Below are positions 12,592 through 26,393 of a DNA stretch of 64,000 nt, piece by piece. A program made the position numbers and the translations under genes. Under the pieces are notes generated by a model. The model was not told where the DNA came from and ran no database searches. It worked only from the letters and a program-made list of their open reading frames with translations. This DNA is from Amphiscolops sp. MND2022 (lineage: Eukaryota). How positions within the stretch are numbered: position 1 is the first letter of the stretch; each line of letters begins with the position of its first letter. The stretch is from NCBI GenBank assembly GCA_964187785.1, contig OZ076409.1, positions 97,838,001-97,902,000 on the forward strand, given 5' to 3'.

Positions 12592-12914
12592 CTAGCAATT
12601 GTCTTATAAATCGAAGGTAGTATGTACCTAGTAGTAGTAATAGATAGTATGTACCACTTTTTATAGAAACTACTAAAACTACTAAGGCCAAATCCGGCCA
12701 ACGCAAACTTAGTGCAAAGGGTCCGCCCTTTCATTGTTATTTTCCGCCCATATTTCATATGGGAAAGGAAAATATTTAAATCAAACGGGTTTTTTTTTAC
12801 AAAATTTGCCAAGAATTATTGTTTACGTAATATGAAGAAGTACATTCACAGAATTCAACTGACATCAATTTAGTTCCATGCGATATGTATTTGTAAAGAT
12901 TTTTGGACTTTTTT

Positions 12915-13681
12915 GGAATGACGGAAATGACCCCGAAAATGACAAAAATTCAAAACTTTCCCAATTTTCACCGTTTTCATGCATTTTTTGCCATTTTTTC
13001 GATAAACATCGTCGATTAGAATGTTGAAAACGTTCAACAAGGCACGAATTCGTTGTCCAATAGTATTCTGAAGAGATAAATGCGGTTTTTTAAAAGAAAA
13101 ATTACCAAAAAAATGATTAAAAAATGACCCCGAAAAGGACAAAAATTCAAAACTTTCCCAATTTTCACCGTTTTTATGCATTTTTTGCCATTTTTTCGAT
13201 AAACATCGTCGATTAGAATGTTGAAAACGTTCAACAAGGCACGAATTCGTTGTCCAATAGTATTCTGAAGAGATAAATGCGGTTTTTTAAAAGAAAAATT
13301 ACCAAAAATGATTAAAAAATTCCAAAATTTTTCGATTTTTAACGTTTTTATGCAATTTTTGTCAAATTTTCGATAGACTTCGTGGATTAAAATGTTGAAA
13401 ACGCTTAACGTGACAGGAATGGCAGGAATTCGTTGTCCAGTATGCTTTTCCGAAGAGATAATGACTGTTTTCTAAATGAAAAATATATCAAATTGAAACC
13501 GAAAATGACAAAAAACCCAAAATTTTCCAAGTTTTTTATGCAATTTTTGTCAAATTTTTGACTGACTTCGTAGATTGGAATGTTGAAAAGAGTCAACAAG
13601 GAACAAATTTGTTGTCCAGTAGTCTTTTTCGAAGAGATTAGGGGCGGAAAATATCCCGCTGGTCCGCGGGCGTCTTGTTTA
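12915..13681 (+). mobile_element. HINE-like element with a ~180-197 bp tandem array (family B end)
   Basis: gaattcgttgtcca recurs at ~13046, 13243, 13426 and 13605. The end ggcggaaaatatccc...gggcgtcttgtt is also found reversed at ~5325 and ~15755. Confidence 0.6.
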
Positions 13682-13699
13682 CTTTTTAACGTAACCTAC

Positions 13700-14069
13700 A
13701 AAACCGGACGAGACAAAAGGGTCCCCCTTTCGATTTTTTTCGGCACTGTTCGACTTTTTTCTAAAATTTTTCAATGTGTCGAAAGAGTCCCACCTTCGAG
13801 TTTTTTGCTATTTTGCAACAAAATGTTTGTTAATAAATCCCAAAGGGTTTAGCATTTTTCGGCACTATGCGACGTTTTCCGAAATGTTTTTTTTTGTTTC
13901 CAGTTGGGGAAAAAGTGGTTTCCGAGTCTTATCGAGCATGAAATCCACCCTTTGGATGTCTCGAAACTGTTTTCTGAGCTTTCATAAATACGTCCTGTGC
14001 ATGTTTTAAAAATTTTGCGCTTTTAGAGCCTGAGATATAGCGCCAACTTCAGACGTTCTCGTCTTGTTT
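13700..14069 (+). mobile_element. HINE family A copy, 5'-truncated
   Basis: Ends gcgccaactt-c-AGACG-ttct-CGTCT-tgttt, i.e. subTIR plus stem-loop. Confidence 0.7.
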
Positions 14070-14187
14070 CTTTAACTCCCTATGTAATCAAAATATCTTT
14101 TTTCCCTTGTCAAAAGCGAATGATAACGAAATTTAGGAAGAAAAGGGAAATTTCTTGTTTTAATTTAATATCTAATGTCACACTTAC

Positions 14188-14323
14188 CCCTGAGCCTGAG
14201 GAATACCATGACGGGGTGTCGGAATAGATCGACTGAAGCGGCACCCACAAAAGCACATTCGGTGCTGGAGGGCACCTTCTGCAGGATGTAATTCTCCCGA
14301 TGGTAGGAAATGGTCCCGATTTG
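14188..14323 (-). CDS. SLC4: SLC4-like exon (not in this frame in the ORF track)
   Basis: ttgtag|CAA...AGGG|gtaagt, 136 nt, phase 0 to 1. ILQKVPSSTECAFVGAASVDLFRHPVMVFLRL matches 'FMKKIPxGAEASNVLVGEVDFLERPIIAFVRL'. Confidence 0.85.
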
Positions 14324-16629
14324 CTACAACACACAATATACTTACAAACGGAGGAGATTCATCTCTTTCTACTCAGTAGATTCTATTCGACTAGAAGAAA
14401 ACTTACAAGTTGATAAATCAAACTATTGTTCATAACCTTCTTACTGGTACCCTAGTCGAAACTGTCAGAATTTTTGATGTTGCAGGATGGAACATAGAAA
14501 ATTCAGACTGCGTGCTGGGAAAAAACCTGCAAAAGTATACTGCAGTTTGGAAAATTATGGCAGCATTTCACTGCGCGTTGAAACAAAGTGGCGGCAACTT
14601 GCAAAACTTTTGAAAAAAGTCCCTGAAATAGACTTTTTCACGAACGCAAACGTAAAAAAACTAAATCTCAATATTAAAACTTGGCTAGAAATATTGATTT
14701 TCCTTTGAAATTGTCCGGAAGAGCTAAATCCTCCACTGATGGTGATTAAAAAGAACCGAAAAATGAATCTAAACTAAGTTGAATTTGAAAGAAATGCTAG
14801 AGCAGAATTGAGAAAAAAATTACCATATTAATTAACTAGAGTAGAATTCATTTCCCAGTGTAAAAACTCTTGGAACTCTTGGTAAGAACCTTGGATATTC
14901 TTGGATTTCTTGGTAAGAATCTTGCCAAGACTCTTACCAAGAAATCCAAGAAATTGCAAGATCTTGCAAGATCGTGCCAAGAAATTCAAGAAATTCCAAG
15001 ATTCTTATCAAGAGTTTCAAGAAAAACCAAGAATAGGCGGGAAAATGCAAGAGGTTTCAAGATTCCCGTTTAGAACCTCATTCATCATAAAACCTTCAGA
15101 AGTCTCGGCAAATGAGCTAATAAATTATCCAAAAACATCCAGCATTATGGAATTACGATCTAAAAATTTCAGGCCCAAAACTGATCATGGACAATTGACA
15201 CAAGCAAAAAAGCCAAACAAAAAATGACAAAAACAAGAGAAAAAACTGAACTGAAACCACTCCAGACACCATGTAAAAGCATGCAGTGCCATGTATGGTT
15301 CAAGAGAACCACATACATTACCATGTTACTTTTCAGCATGGAGTTGTATGGACCATGCATGATCATTCATGGAATGTAGGAAACAAGACTCGCCGAAACG
15401 CTTGAAAAGAGCTTTCCCGAAAACATTAAAGCAAAAACTTGTAAATTTGAGCAACTCATTGGAATAAATACTTGTTGTACTGAAAAAAAAACGAAGCGGT
15501 CGAACACTTTGGTTTCAGGTTTTCATATACTTCACTCTTTCTCAATTCTATTACAACCTCGTCTACGATAAAAAGTTGCAATATTTTCTGAATCTAACCC
15601 GTTTCTCAATTGGACATGGCTGGTTTTTTATCCCGACTTTTCGATAGAAACTTCACACAACTATTGCTATAACTACTTCGGTAACGTAGGTCGGATTGAG
15701 GAAACCACTATAGTATACAGGTATTATTAACACCAAATATGCTTTTAATGTGCAACAAGACGCCCGCTAAGCACCGGGATATTTTCCGCCCTTTTCGCCT
15801 TCACCAACTGAGTCATGACGAATTTTGGGGAATAGGATCTAAGAAATAAGATCTAAAATTTAGTGATTGTAGATCTTATTCCCTTTAGATCTTATTCCCT
15901 TTAGATCTTATTCCCGTCCTGAAATTTTAGATCATATTCTCTAGATCTTATTTTTTTTTCGACTTTAGATATTATTCCCCCTCTAGTCAGAGTCAAGTGG
16001 ATAGGTAGTCAAGTGGTAGAGATAGTCAAGTGGAGTTTTAGGAGAATTTGGAAAAAACGCATCACAGATCATGATTTTCCTCCCCCATTTTAAAATGTGG
16101 GGTCGGAAAATAATAATTTATGGTTTATTCAATACTTCGGAATATTACTAAAGAATAATGCTTTTCACGACCATTTCCAACGTTCGATTCGAAAGTTTCG
16201 CCAAGTTTGCATCGAAAGTTTTCGCTCTGAAAACGTTACACTTTCTTATATCTCAGCTATTGAAAAATATGAACAAAATCAGTTTTTCGGAATAACATTT
16301 GTACCGCCGAATCAACATACACCTAAAACACTGCTGTAGATAAATAAAATACAAGGAAAAGAGTTGCGAGAGAAACTTGCCTTTCTATTCCTTCTATCAA
16401 GGACCCGTAAAGTCATGAATCTGAAACAATTCGACAAGTTTCTGAAGGACCTTTAGGTCAAGAAAAAATGAAAAACTTGCTGGATATTTAGATAGAATGA
16501 ATTATCATATTTCTTCACATGCTTTTTTTCACGTGAAATAAGACACTATTCGAATGTGGAACACTTTTCTCAATTTTCAATTTTTTCAATGACGTAAGAA
16601 GATACCACCCAAGGGAATGCATAAAGTTC

Positions 16630-17041
16630 GGCCCTTTTCTGTTACCCCCCCCCCCACCACCAATTTTTTTTGGAAAATTAGTGAAAATCTTATAACAAAT
16701 AGACTTGAATACAAACCAGAAAGCTTCAGTTTCAAATTTATTCTCAGGGTGATAGTTTAGGATTCAGATACAAACTTTGTTCATACTTTTTCCCTATGTA
16801 GTTGCGCATTTTTGATGAAGAAATCAACAGCTTCCTGTTTTGAGTCATCAATAGACACTTAATACGAACATAATTATAGTCAAAATGCGTGAACAAGGTT
16901 TTGTTCGAGCGGAAAACTACTCTAATAGAAGTTAACTTCTTGTTATTAAAGAAGGTTCACTTTAAAATTAGGCTAGTCTAAAGTTTTTAAGGAAAGGTAT
17001 TTTCAAAAATTTTGGTGGTGGGGGGGGAACAGAAAAGACCC
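16630..17041. mobile_element. MITE family M
   Basis: TIRs GGCCCTTTTCTGT / ACAGAAAAGACCC; perfect 8-bp TSD TAAAGTTC. Confidence 0.85.
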
Positions 17042-17423
17042 TAAAGTTCTTCAGTCCTCGAAAAAAAAACGAAGCGGCCGAAGAGAGGCTGAAAAAGTCA
17101 AAACTGAGGTTCCATCTGTTTTTCTACAGGTGTACGTCTTTGAAAAGAATTCAACAGCATTCATTTGTAACTAAAGTCATGCTTCTCTAGAAATTTGCGC
17201 TACAGTCACTTCTTTTCAACAAAATTTCCAACAGTTTCTAATTTCAGTGACTGGTATTGGGCTTGCATTAGTAATTAACAGAAATGGATTCTTATCGTTC
17301 TCATTTCTGTTCAATTACTAATACAAGCCCAATACGAATACATAATCAAATAAACAGGAGTTTCAATTTTCCTTCATTTAGAGTTCACAAGTGAAAATTA
17401 ACGGAAAACTACAAAACACGTAC

Positions 17424-17451
17424 GCGCGGAAGCACCTGGGCTATTATGTTT
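17424..17451 (-). CDS. SLC4: SLC4-like 28-nt micro-exon
   Basis: ctttgttag|A AAC ATA ATA GCC CAG GTG CTT CCG CGC|gtacgt. Phase 2 to 0 exactly bridges the flanking exons. Confidence 0.6.
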
Positions 17452-18269
17452 CTAACAAAGCTACAATCCTATCAAAATTTCATAACTGTTGTAAAATATG
17501 TAGCAGAAATATATGACAACTTCGGGAAAATCGGAAATATAAGCGAAGAAAATATACTATGAAAATCTAATGTTTCAGTAAACTAAAAGCGAAACGTCGA
17601 CTAGAAACTGAATCAAATTGAAATTTCCCCCTTGGAAAATTATTGGCTAGCGATTTATCAAAACTTACGAAATATAAAGTTGATTAACATCGGGAAGATA
17701 AATATGGTCTTTGGAAAAGATGTCGAAATTATTGTTCCGGGAAAAAAATTGCAGAGGAACTATTCGGGACAACTACGTATAGGAAGGATTAATTTTCAGA
17801 GTAATTGACCTGATACCAACGCTGAAGTAATATCATACTAGCAATTAATTTAATGCTTAACCCTAAAAAGCCAAACGGCACTTTAACTTCTGATTCGTCT
17901 TGCCAGTAGCTCCTTCCCTGTAGCACATTTTTTTCCGTGTTGTTTCCAACTTGTTGGTACCGTGCTTGATTTGAACGGCACAAGCGTCAGAAAAAGTGCA
18001 TTTGCCTCGGAAATTGCGGAAAATGTTTTTTCTCCAAAAAAATGTATACTTTTCCAAACTTCCGTTCCGTTTTTGGCGAAATCCAGTTTTCTCAAAAGTT
18101 CTTGACTCAAAGAAAAACAACCCCATGGCTTCTACAACAAGACTTTGTGCAACAGAACCGAATAATATGCTGCAGTTTCATCAGAATTTGCGAAAATTTT
18201 CAAAAACGCCCAAGTCAATCAGGGTTAATGTAATAACTGTTGATCTAATAACTGTTGAAGGATTTTTAC

Positions 18270-18423
18270 CGTTTCTCCAAGCGCTTCAACAACTGGAACA
18301 GAACATTTTTGGCCTTGGGTACTGAGGCTAGAAAGAGATCAGGTCTGTCTGCCGCCAAGTTGTCACAAATTGTGTCGCACAGTCCCAGAACAGAAGTATG
18401 GGGCACGTCCAAAATCATCACAG
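18270..18423 (-). CDS. SLC4: SLC4-like exon
   Basis: ttccag|CT...CG|gtaaaa, 154 nt, phase 1 to 2. VMILDVPHTSVLGLCDTICDNL...LFQLLKR matches 'TVMLDMRASTLDEIADMVLDNM...EALLKR'. Confidence 0.8.
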
Positions 18424-19181
18424 CTGGAACCACAACTGGCTTCAAAACCCATACAAGTATTTCAAACACGCCGAGAACGGCATGAGTTGGCGCCCCGCTC
18501 AATACTCGAAATGCGCCAAGTATCAATCCAGAAATTTTCAAAAAAATCTCATAGTGCCGAAAATTCGAAGTTAAAAACACCAAGATAGCCAAAAGGGATC
18601 CTCAGTATGATTTCGAGGTTCTGGACGCTGTTTTGTTTAGGACGAGGTTCTGACGTTTCGAGTAAGCTTTGGACAAAGCACCGACAAAAAAAAACAATCG
18701 AATTCGGTTGCGAGTGGAAAAAGTCACACCTGGCAACACAGGTATTAAGATAGGCTCAAGAATTGTATTTCGAAAATTGATAATTTTTATTTGCAATTGA
18801 AAAAGTTTTTCAATCAAATCATATCAGCATCCTCGGGAGATTTGAGGGCAATTGACTGACTGAAAATTTTTCAAAAATATTTTATTTGATGAGATTTTAA
18901 CAACGTTTACAATTTTTAACTTTTGTAACTTTTGTCGCGGAAAATTCAAACAGATATTTTTAAAAACTACAAGAAGAAACTTTCTTAGCTGACAATTTTT
19001 TGTATTTGTGACAGTTTTCAAAATACTTGGATTTGAAATTTGCAATTTTAAGCAATAGAGTTGCGATATTTTAGAACGCCACTGTACATCAAAGCTTAAA
19101 GGAACTTTTTTTGAATAATTTTCGATGTCATAAGCGAGGCAAATACTCGAAGCGCACGAACAAAACTTTTATGTAACTTTC

Positions 19182-19465
19182 AACCAGAGCTGCATTTGCG
19201 GTAAAAGTGTCGAAAACGGATTAAAATATTTGAAATTAAATTACGTACTTAATTGTCATTTAGTAATTTTTGGACTAATTTTGGCTACATTTCTCAAATC
19301 CAGGTCATACGATTTTGATGCCATTGAGCACGCTGGAATGACTGCAAAAATTTATAAAAATCGTTATTACAAGTTTGGAGAAAATTGAAATTTTCATTAG
19401 AAGATCGGGATAAAAAGGTACGACTGCATAAGTAGTCGAAAGAGTTTTTTCCGACTCCTGAAAAC
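19182..19465 (-). mobile_element. Short HINE family C copy
   Basis: Same ends as 57361-58495 (aaccagagc..gcggtaaa ... agtagtcgaaa...ccgactcct). Confidence 0.55.
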
Positions 19466-19626
19466 TGCGAAAAAAACGGAAATTTAAAAACCTACCCAAG
19501 TGGGCGCCACGCTTAAGGCTCAAAAAAGCAAAATCTTCCAAACATGCGCATCGAAAAAAATTATACCTCTCTTATCAATCTCACACTGTCAAAAAAACCG
19601 GAAGAAAAATTTCGAAAGTCGAAACC

Positions 19627-19831
19627 TGTTGTATACTGTTGTAAAGGTAACAAAAAGAAGAGATAGCTTGTAGTAATGTATCGTTTATCGTAGCTCAATA
19701 TCAATGTAACTGAGTGTGTGTCAAGATATACAAGCATTTAGGACTAACATAAATGTTGACAGGTACTTAGCTGTCAATTATGATCAATTGACCTTCAACG
19801 GTCTAACTTAAATCTATGACATCATGTCACA
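19627..19831 (-). repeat. Gypsy 3' LTR
   Basis: Direct repeat of 25303-25505 with scattered substitutions and indels. Confidence 0.9.
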
Positions 19832-20084
19832 TTCCCCCCCCCCCGCATGTGGGTGGTAAGTATATAAACAATTTACATGACTAGTTTACTAGTTTACATA
19901 CCACACGTAATGGTAATAGTAACTCAAATGTTGCTGGTGTGTTAAGTTCTTCTCTCATCGGCTTCTTGCTTCTTATTGGCTGGTCAGTTTCGCCAATAGT
20001 ATTCTTCTTTTCCGTTCATCCGGAGTTATTCCTTTGACTAGTCTTTCTGGCTGTTCCACTTGTCTACTATGTTCCCTATAATAA

Positions 20085-23000
20085 TCAATGTGGTATTGGG
20101 TTACCATAACGCAATATAGGATTTGTTGTTTTTATTCTCGTTGATTTTCGTATTGCTGGTTCGTTTTCGTAAATTGTGTTTATGTTTTCTATTTGTTCGA
20201 TTTTCATTGAATCAGTATTACCGTTTCTATCCACCACTGGTATTGTGTCCGGGTTCCCCTCTGCTGTTCCCCGTGCCTCTTCTAGTTGTTCTTCCGTCAT
20301 GTTTTCCAGGTGCATGCGTAGGTTGCTTTGGACTGGTGATTGTTGTTGTACTGATCTATCTCTGATCAGCTTCTTCTTCCCCTTTCCGTAAACCGGGCTT
20401 GTTTCCATGGGTGTCTCGTTGAGCACTGTTTCCAACATGCTTTCTTCTAAGACTGGTGTACTTTCCCTCGCCGGCTGTTCGATTTCGTCAGATTGGTCTA
20501 ACTGGTCGATTCTCATCTGCGTGAATCTGCCATCCGGTCCCCTTGGATTTTGGCCTCGTCTGGAGAATGGGTCCTTAAATGTATGTGTAAGCGTTTTACT
20601 CACACGTTTTCGATGTATTATTTTATTTGTGTCATTTGTTATGGTATGTTTCGTTCCTGCTACAGCTAATTGTGGTTTGGTTTCGTAATAACTTTCGAAT
20701 TTGTTTTTATTTACATTCTTTTCTAGAAAGAGGTACGGAAATTTGTTACTAACGTCTTCTTTTAGTTTTCTCGGGGCTTTCATTACTAACTGGTCGTATT
20801 GTCCTTCCGTTGTTGGAGAACGAATAAACTTGCAATGTTTCCGGTTTAGATGAAACAACATTGGTTTTGTGATTCGGTGATACATTCAAGTAATTATTTA
20901 ATTCCGTTCTTGGCTTTCTGCCGTAGTGTCTTTCAAATGGTGTTTCTTTAATATTTGAATGGACCGTTGTTCTCATTACGTTCAAGGATCGGCTTAGTGC
21001 TTCGTTCAACGTGCATCCGTCCCAGAGTTTAGTTTTCATGTAATCTTTGAGTGTTTTAATTCCCCTTTCGACCAGACCCGTCGGTGTATGAATACACGAT
21101 GTCCCGTATAATTTAATGTTCAAGCTTTTGCAGAATTCTCTGGATTCTTTTCCAGTAAAGGCCGTGCTTTTATCTGTTCTGATTGTTTGGGGTAAGCCGT
21201 TAAGTGTTATATTTTGTTCTAGAAAACTTTATCCGGTTTTCCTGTTGGCGTTTCGCAGATGCATGCGGCTGGACATCTGCTGTATCGGTCTATCGACACT
21301 AGTTTAAAAAATCGTATCTTCCGATGAATCTTGGATTTCTTGGTTTGTTTTATCGGCCGGTGGTAGGTAATATATTTCTGACATAGGCATTTGTGGTTTA
21401 ATACTCTTACCTGTCATCTTGCAGGCACACATTCGTCGCATTTCTGTTGTATGTCTTTGGCTATTTTCGGCCACCAAAATAACTTTGCGGCATGGGTCAT
21501 CTTGTTATTCGATGGGTTGCCTTTGTGTAGAAGTGTGATGACGGTGTTTCGAAGATTTTTTGGTATTATGATTTTATCATCAAAGAACATCACCCCTAAT
21601 CTTGTGGATAGAGTTTTTGTGTATTGTTTGTATTCTTCTGTTATCTGATTAATCGTTTTCCTTTCCAGACTGACCAGAGCTTTAAGGAGTTTGTCGTCAT
21701 TTGCGGTTTCCGTTGCGATTGTTTTTAAATCTGTTGCCAACTTCTGTTCTGCTTGACGTATTATTTTCTCCAAGTTCCATTCGTTATTGTTTTGGACATG
21801 GCTTGCCTGTCGCATCTGAATATATCGTACTCCGTTTGCGCCGAGGTATTTCTTGAAATTAGTGACCGGTACGTCTATTGAATTGTTCGAATGGGACGAC
21901 ATAGTTTCTTCGGTCTGTTGATCGGTTTCTCCTATTTGTGTTTCGCCACTTGTTCCTTGTTCGTTGTTTTTGACCGTTGGTGTAATTCTAACTTTTTCGA
22001 TCACTTTATATAGTTCTTCTGGTCTTGTTTTTTCTTCTGGACTCTCTTCGCTCTCTTGTTCCATTCTCTTCCAAATTAACTTGGTAATCTTTTAATGTAC
22101 CTCCATTTCGATTCTTTTATTTCCATTCGGTGACATCTTGGTGGATTTTGAGTCTTCTAAACTCCATTTGTCATCCTGTAGTCGTTCGGTTTTACTAGTT
22201 TTTTCCACCGATTTGCAAAACTAAAGTTACAGCTGTTGGATCTTGTCTTTCTAATTGTTCAATTTTCTTGATGACCATTCTGGTAATTGTTTCGTTGTCT
22301 TTGTTGGGTTGTTGAGTGTTAACGTGTAATACCGGTTGTTGAGATGATAATTGCAATTTGCAATCGTTCGTTTTATTCTTATTTGGCTTTGGTTTGTCTT
22401 TGTAGCTCGTCTTTGATTGGTTGAATTTTTGTTCAAGCTTAACTGAATTGTCCGTTCTAATTTCTTTGTTAATTCATCGATGCTGCCGTGATTGTTAATG
22501 AACTCCATTAGTGGTATTCTGCAAGTAATTACTTACTCTTCGTCGTAGTTTTCGATTGGTTCGGGCTTTGACACTGTATTTCTACTTAAATAGTCAGTCA
22601 ATCCCAGGTGTTTACCGGCAATGTGCATTTTTATATATCAAAGGGTGCCAATCTGTCCAACCATCTCGTTAGTTTTGCCGTATACGTTGTATTTGATCTG
22701 TTTTTCTTTTTTGATGGCTCTAGTACTTAGTGGTCCCATAATAGTTCAATTTGTTTTCCGTATATGTGTAGTTGGGAATGTTCCAGTCCCCATACTACAG
22801 CAAGTAGTTCCAATTCGTTTATTGCGTATTCCTTCTCCGTGTCCGATAAAAATCTACTTGCATATCCGACCGGCTTTAAATTTCCATCCTTCTGTTTTTG
22901 CCACAGTGTTGCTCCCAATCCTTTTGTACTGGCATCCGTTGTTAGTATATTTTCATTATTTGCATTCTAGTGTGCTAAACATGGGATATTGGTGATGTAT

Positions 23001-25275
23001 TCTGTCAGTTTGTTGAATGCATTCGTGTGTCCTTCTGTCCAGTTCCATTCGTTATTCTTCTTCAGTAATTTTATCAGAATGTCGGTGTTTGCTGTTTTTT
23101 ATATAATTCGAAAGGTATTGTATTGCCCCAAGGAAAGATTTTAGTTCTTTTTCGTTTTTTGGTGTGTCTATTTTTGTTTTTGATTCCAGTTTGTCTTGTA
23201 ATGGACGTATTCCGTGTTGGCCGATTTTGTGTCCAACCCAATGGATTTCTTTCTTGAAAAATTCGTATTTCTTTGGATTTAGTCTAGATCCTGCATTTTC
23301 CAGCTTTTTCATCGTTTCTCGAACTTCCGTTTCGTGTTTCTTCAAGTCTCTTTTCGTTACGATTATTATGTCTTCGAGCCATTCCGGGTGTTTGTATTCC
23401 AGGATTTTGTCTATTCGTTCTTGGAAAATTGCTGGGATATCTGCCAGTCAGTAGAATCCTTTCAAGAACAGGTAATAACCTGTGAACTCTCCTCGTGTAA
23501 CGGTTAAGATGCATAGGTTTCTCGTTTTCTAGTCTAATTTTATCTGCCCGTATGCATAATCGAAGTCTAATGTTGTTGACAAAATTTCTCCTTCCCCTTC
23601 GGAAATTTCACTTGATATTCTTGAAATTAGTTCCTCCATGTTTGGCATTTGTGCTTTTCTTTTTATGGTCACTTCGTGTAATTTTCTTGAGTCTACTGTA
23701 ATTTTTATTGATTTGTCTTTTTTCACAGTAATCACTGCCGGGCTTACAAAACATCCTTCTGTAATTTCGGTGGCTCTTTCTATATATCCGTTTTCCATCA
23801 GTCGGTTCAGTTCCCTTGCTACCTGGTCTTGTAGATGTATTGGTATTCCTTTTTGCTGAATACTTTGCGCTCCTCCTTTTGGATTGATTTTTACCGATAG
23901 GTCTTTTATTTCGTTGTTGTTGTAAAATAACTCCTTGAATTCGTTCTTCAGATCGGCGATTTTTTCTTTAATACCGCCCGGTTGTAAGTTGTGTATTTCT
24001 ATTTCGCTGTTGTTGGTGTTTAGGTGTATTCCCAGCCGTTGCATCCAATCTAATCCCATTAACAGTGTTGTTGTCTTTCTGGTTATTAGCAATGGTTATT
24101 TCAGTGTTTCTTTTTTTTGCTTTCACCATTGCTTTTGTCTGACCGATAAACTCAATCTTTTGATTGTTTACGTCTTTATAAGTGGTAATTAGTGGTTCCA
24201 CTTCAGTTAACTCTTTAAATAAACAGTTTGGAATTACCGTTATTGGCAATCCACTGTCTATGATGAATTTGATTGGTCTCTCGATTACCAATAATGTTGT
24301 ATCATAGAATGCTTTGTGGCCTTTGCCTTTTATCTTCTGTATTTTATTGTAGTCCCAATTGTCTTCTTCAGCCGATGATGATTTCCTCTCAATATGTTGT
24401 ACTTTTTCCATGATTTGCACATTTTCTCATTATGTCCCCTTCTTTTGCAATTACGACATTCAACGGATTTTGCCGGGCAGTTTTGCATTCTTGACCAGTT
24501 TGGTGCACCGCATTGTCCGCATCGGTTAGCTTTGTATTTTGGTTTCTGACTGTCCGTTTTTTTCTAGGTCTTTCCTAACTGGTTTATCAGACCATTTTCG
24601 TTTGTATTGTCGTTCTTGAATGTGTTGTATTTCTTTACCATCGTTTGAATTATTTGACTCATTTAGTCTATCGTACATATACTCGTGTATCAGGTCCGTA
24701 ATCGTCTCGATGGTGATGTCGCTCTTTCGTATTTTCTTCTTTTATTCATAATCAACCGTTGATCTTCCGATCAGAGATAGAAATTTTGAGGCGATCAGGT
24801 CTGCGGGGGTTACGTTCTCGAATTCGCAATTCTTCTCTACTTGTAGAATCCGTGTCCAGACGTCTTCAGCTGTTTCATTTTTTTTCTCTTGAGATTCCGA
24901 AGAAATCGGCTTGTCTATGAAACTTGTTACGTTCTGGATTAAAATGTATTCTGAATAGTGAAAATATTTGATTTATATCCATTTCATTCGGATCGTTGTC
25001 TCGAACGGTCCGTGTCGTTTCAGTAATGGCAGATTCACCCAGTGCCCATATGAATAAGTCTTTAATCCGTATTTCTCTGTCGGTGGTCATGTTCAGATCA
25101 ATATTTTAAGTCATCTTTATGTACTATGGAACCTGCGCCACCACAGTTTGGCTTCTTGAATTCCTCTTTTTTCAAAGGTGGGTAGGGTAATCTTCTGATG
25201 TGTTTTCTCGTTTTTCTTGTGACTCCTCGTTCCGAGGTTTCTTCGTTTGAGGAGCTTGTGCTCTACAAATTTTCG
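20085..25275 (-). pseudogene. Gypsy gag-pol, multiply frameshifted
   Basis: Two Gag Zn knuckles (~24415-24525), protease FIIDSG, RT (SPAVITVKKD, LDFDYAY, catalytic motif altered to WLED), RNase H (DAS, YAINELELLAVVW) and integrase (LHKG..FWWP..C..C, GLVERGIKTLK). Confidence 0.9.
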
Positions 25276-25302
25276 CGATTTTCCATCTTGCTTACTGCGC
25301 CA

Positions 25303-25505
25303 TGATGTATACTGTTGTAAGGATAACAAAGAGAAAAGATAGCTTGTAATAATGTATTGTTTATCGTAGCTCAATAAGAATGTAACTGAGTGTGTGTTAA
25401 GATAAAAGCATTTAGGAGTAACATAAATGTTGACAGGTACTTAGCTGTCAAGTATGATCAATTGACCTTTAACGGTCTAACTTAAATTTATGACATCATG
25501 TCACA
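25303..25505 (-). repeat. Gypsy 5' LTR
   Basis: Directly followed by the PBS on the minus strand. Confidence 0.9.
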
Positions 25506-26393
25506 AAACCCAAAATTCCTGGAAAAACTTTTGAACATTTCCTTTTGAAAAACTAAATTGCAAAGAGCCAAAAATCATTATAAAAAGTTCTAAACTTGCG
25601 GGAGAAAACGCACAGTGCGGAGAAAATCTAACAAAACCCCTTTGACCTATACTAGCTCTGCGAACCTGATAAAGTTCATGGAGCGATGAACCAAGGTGCT
25701 AATTGCTTCAGTTTTTCAAAATGAAAACGTATGAACATATCAGTTGGTGTTTGGGTTTAAAAAAAAAGAGTAACAACTATAGTCGAGTCTTACAGAATGA
25801 AGTCGACTACAAACTTGCTTTCATAGTGCCGATTACTTCCAAAAAAAGAATTACGCGTTCTTTGGTCACCAAAATGGAAAAAAAGATGTACAACGAAATT
25901 GAACTTTTGTCAAAACTTTTGTCGAAAACGTTTCAGCGGAATAGTTTATATACCTGAGGATTTCACTTTAATTTTTGCAACAGTTGACTAAATTACAAAT
26001 ATTTCCCAGAACCAACAATTTGTCAAAAAAGCATCATATCCGGGTAACGCTTTAATCAAACACGATCCATCCGAACTTGATAGTCAAGTTCTAAATATTA
26101 TACATCATACGCGCTAACCCAAAATAATAGTTCGGTTGAAAAAAATGAAAAAAAAACCGGAGTTACCGAGACTCTGAGCTGTGGCCTACCATTTGGCAAC
26201 GCGCCAGACTATGCCACTAGTTTATTGAAGTGACAATCTCTTCTTCAGAATCAGTCCAGAGATAATTTGTCAAGAAAAGGTTCCGGATAATACTGATAAT
26301 ACTATACTATGGAACTTACTATGGATATTTTTAATAGCCAAAAAAGAAAAAAAAAAGAAAAATTGTAGGCGAATAATAGGGCAATCAGGTGTG

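Larger units (their letters stand above)
19627..25505 (-). mobile_element. Ty3/Gypsy LTR retrotransposon (Mag-like), full length but decayed
   Basis: LTRs 19627-19831 and 25303-25505 (TG...CA) with 5-bp TSD AAACC. PBS TGGCGCAGTAAGC is tRNA-Ser-like; G-run PPT next to 19832. Domain order is PR-RT-RH-INT. Confidence 0.92.

Noticed and set aside
14864..16035. Short-period repeat patches (CCAAGAA/TTCTTGG, CATG, AGATCTTATTCCC, AGTCAAGTGG)
   Set aside because: Probably decayed MITE interiors; termini and TSDs could not be defined.
17789..18126. Minus-strand ORFs as the missing SLC4 exon
   Set aside because: No convincing acceptor/donor pair giving phase 2 to 0, and no SLC4 similarity.
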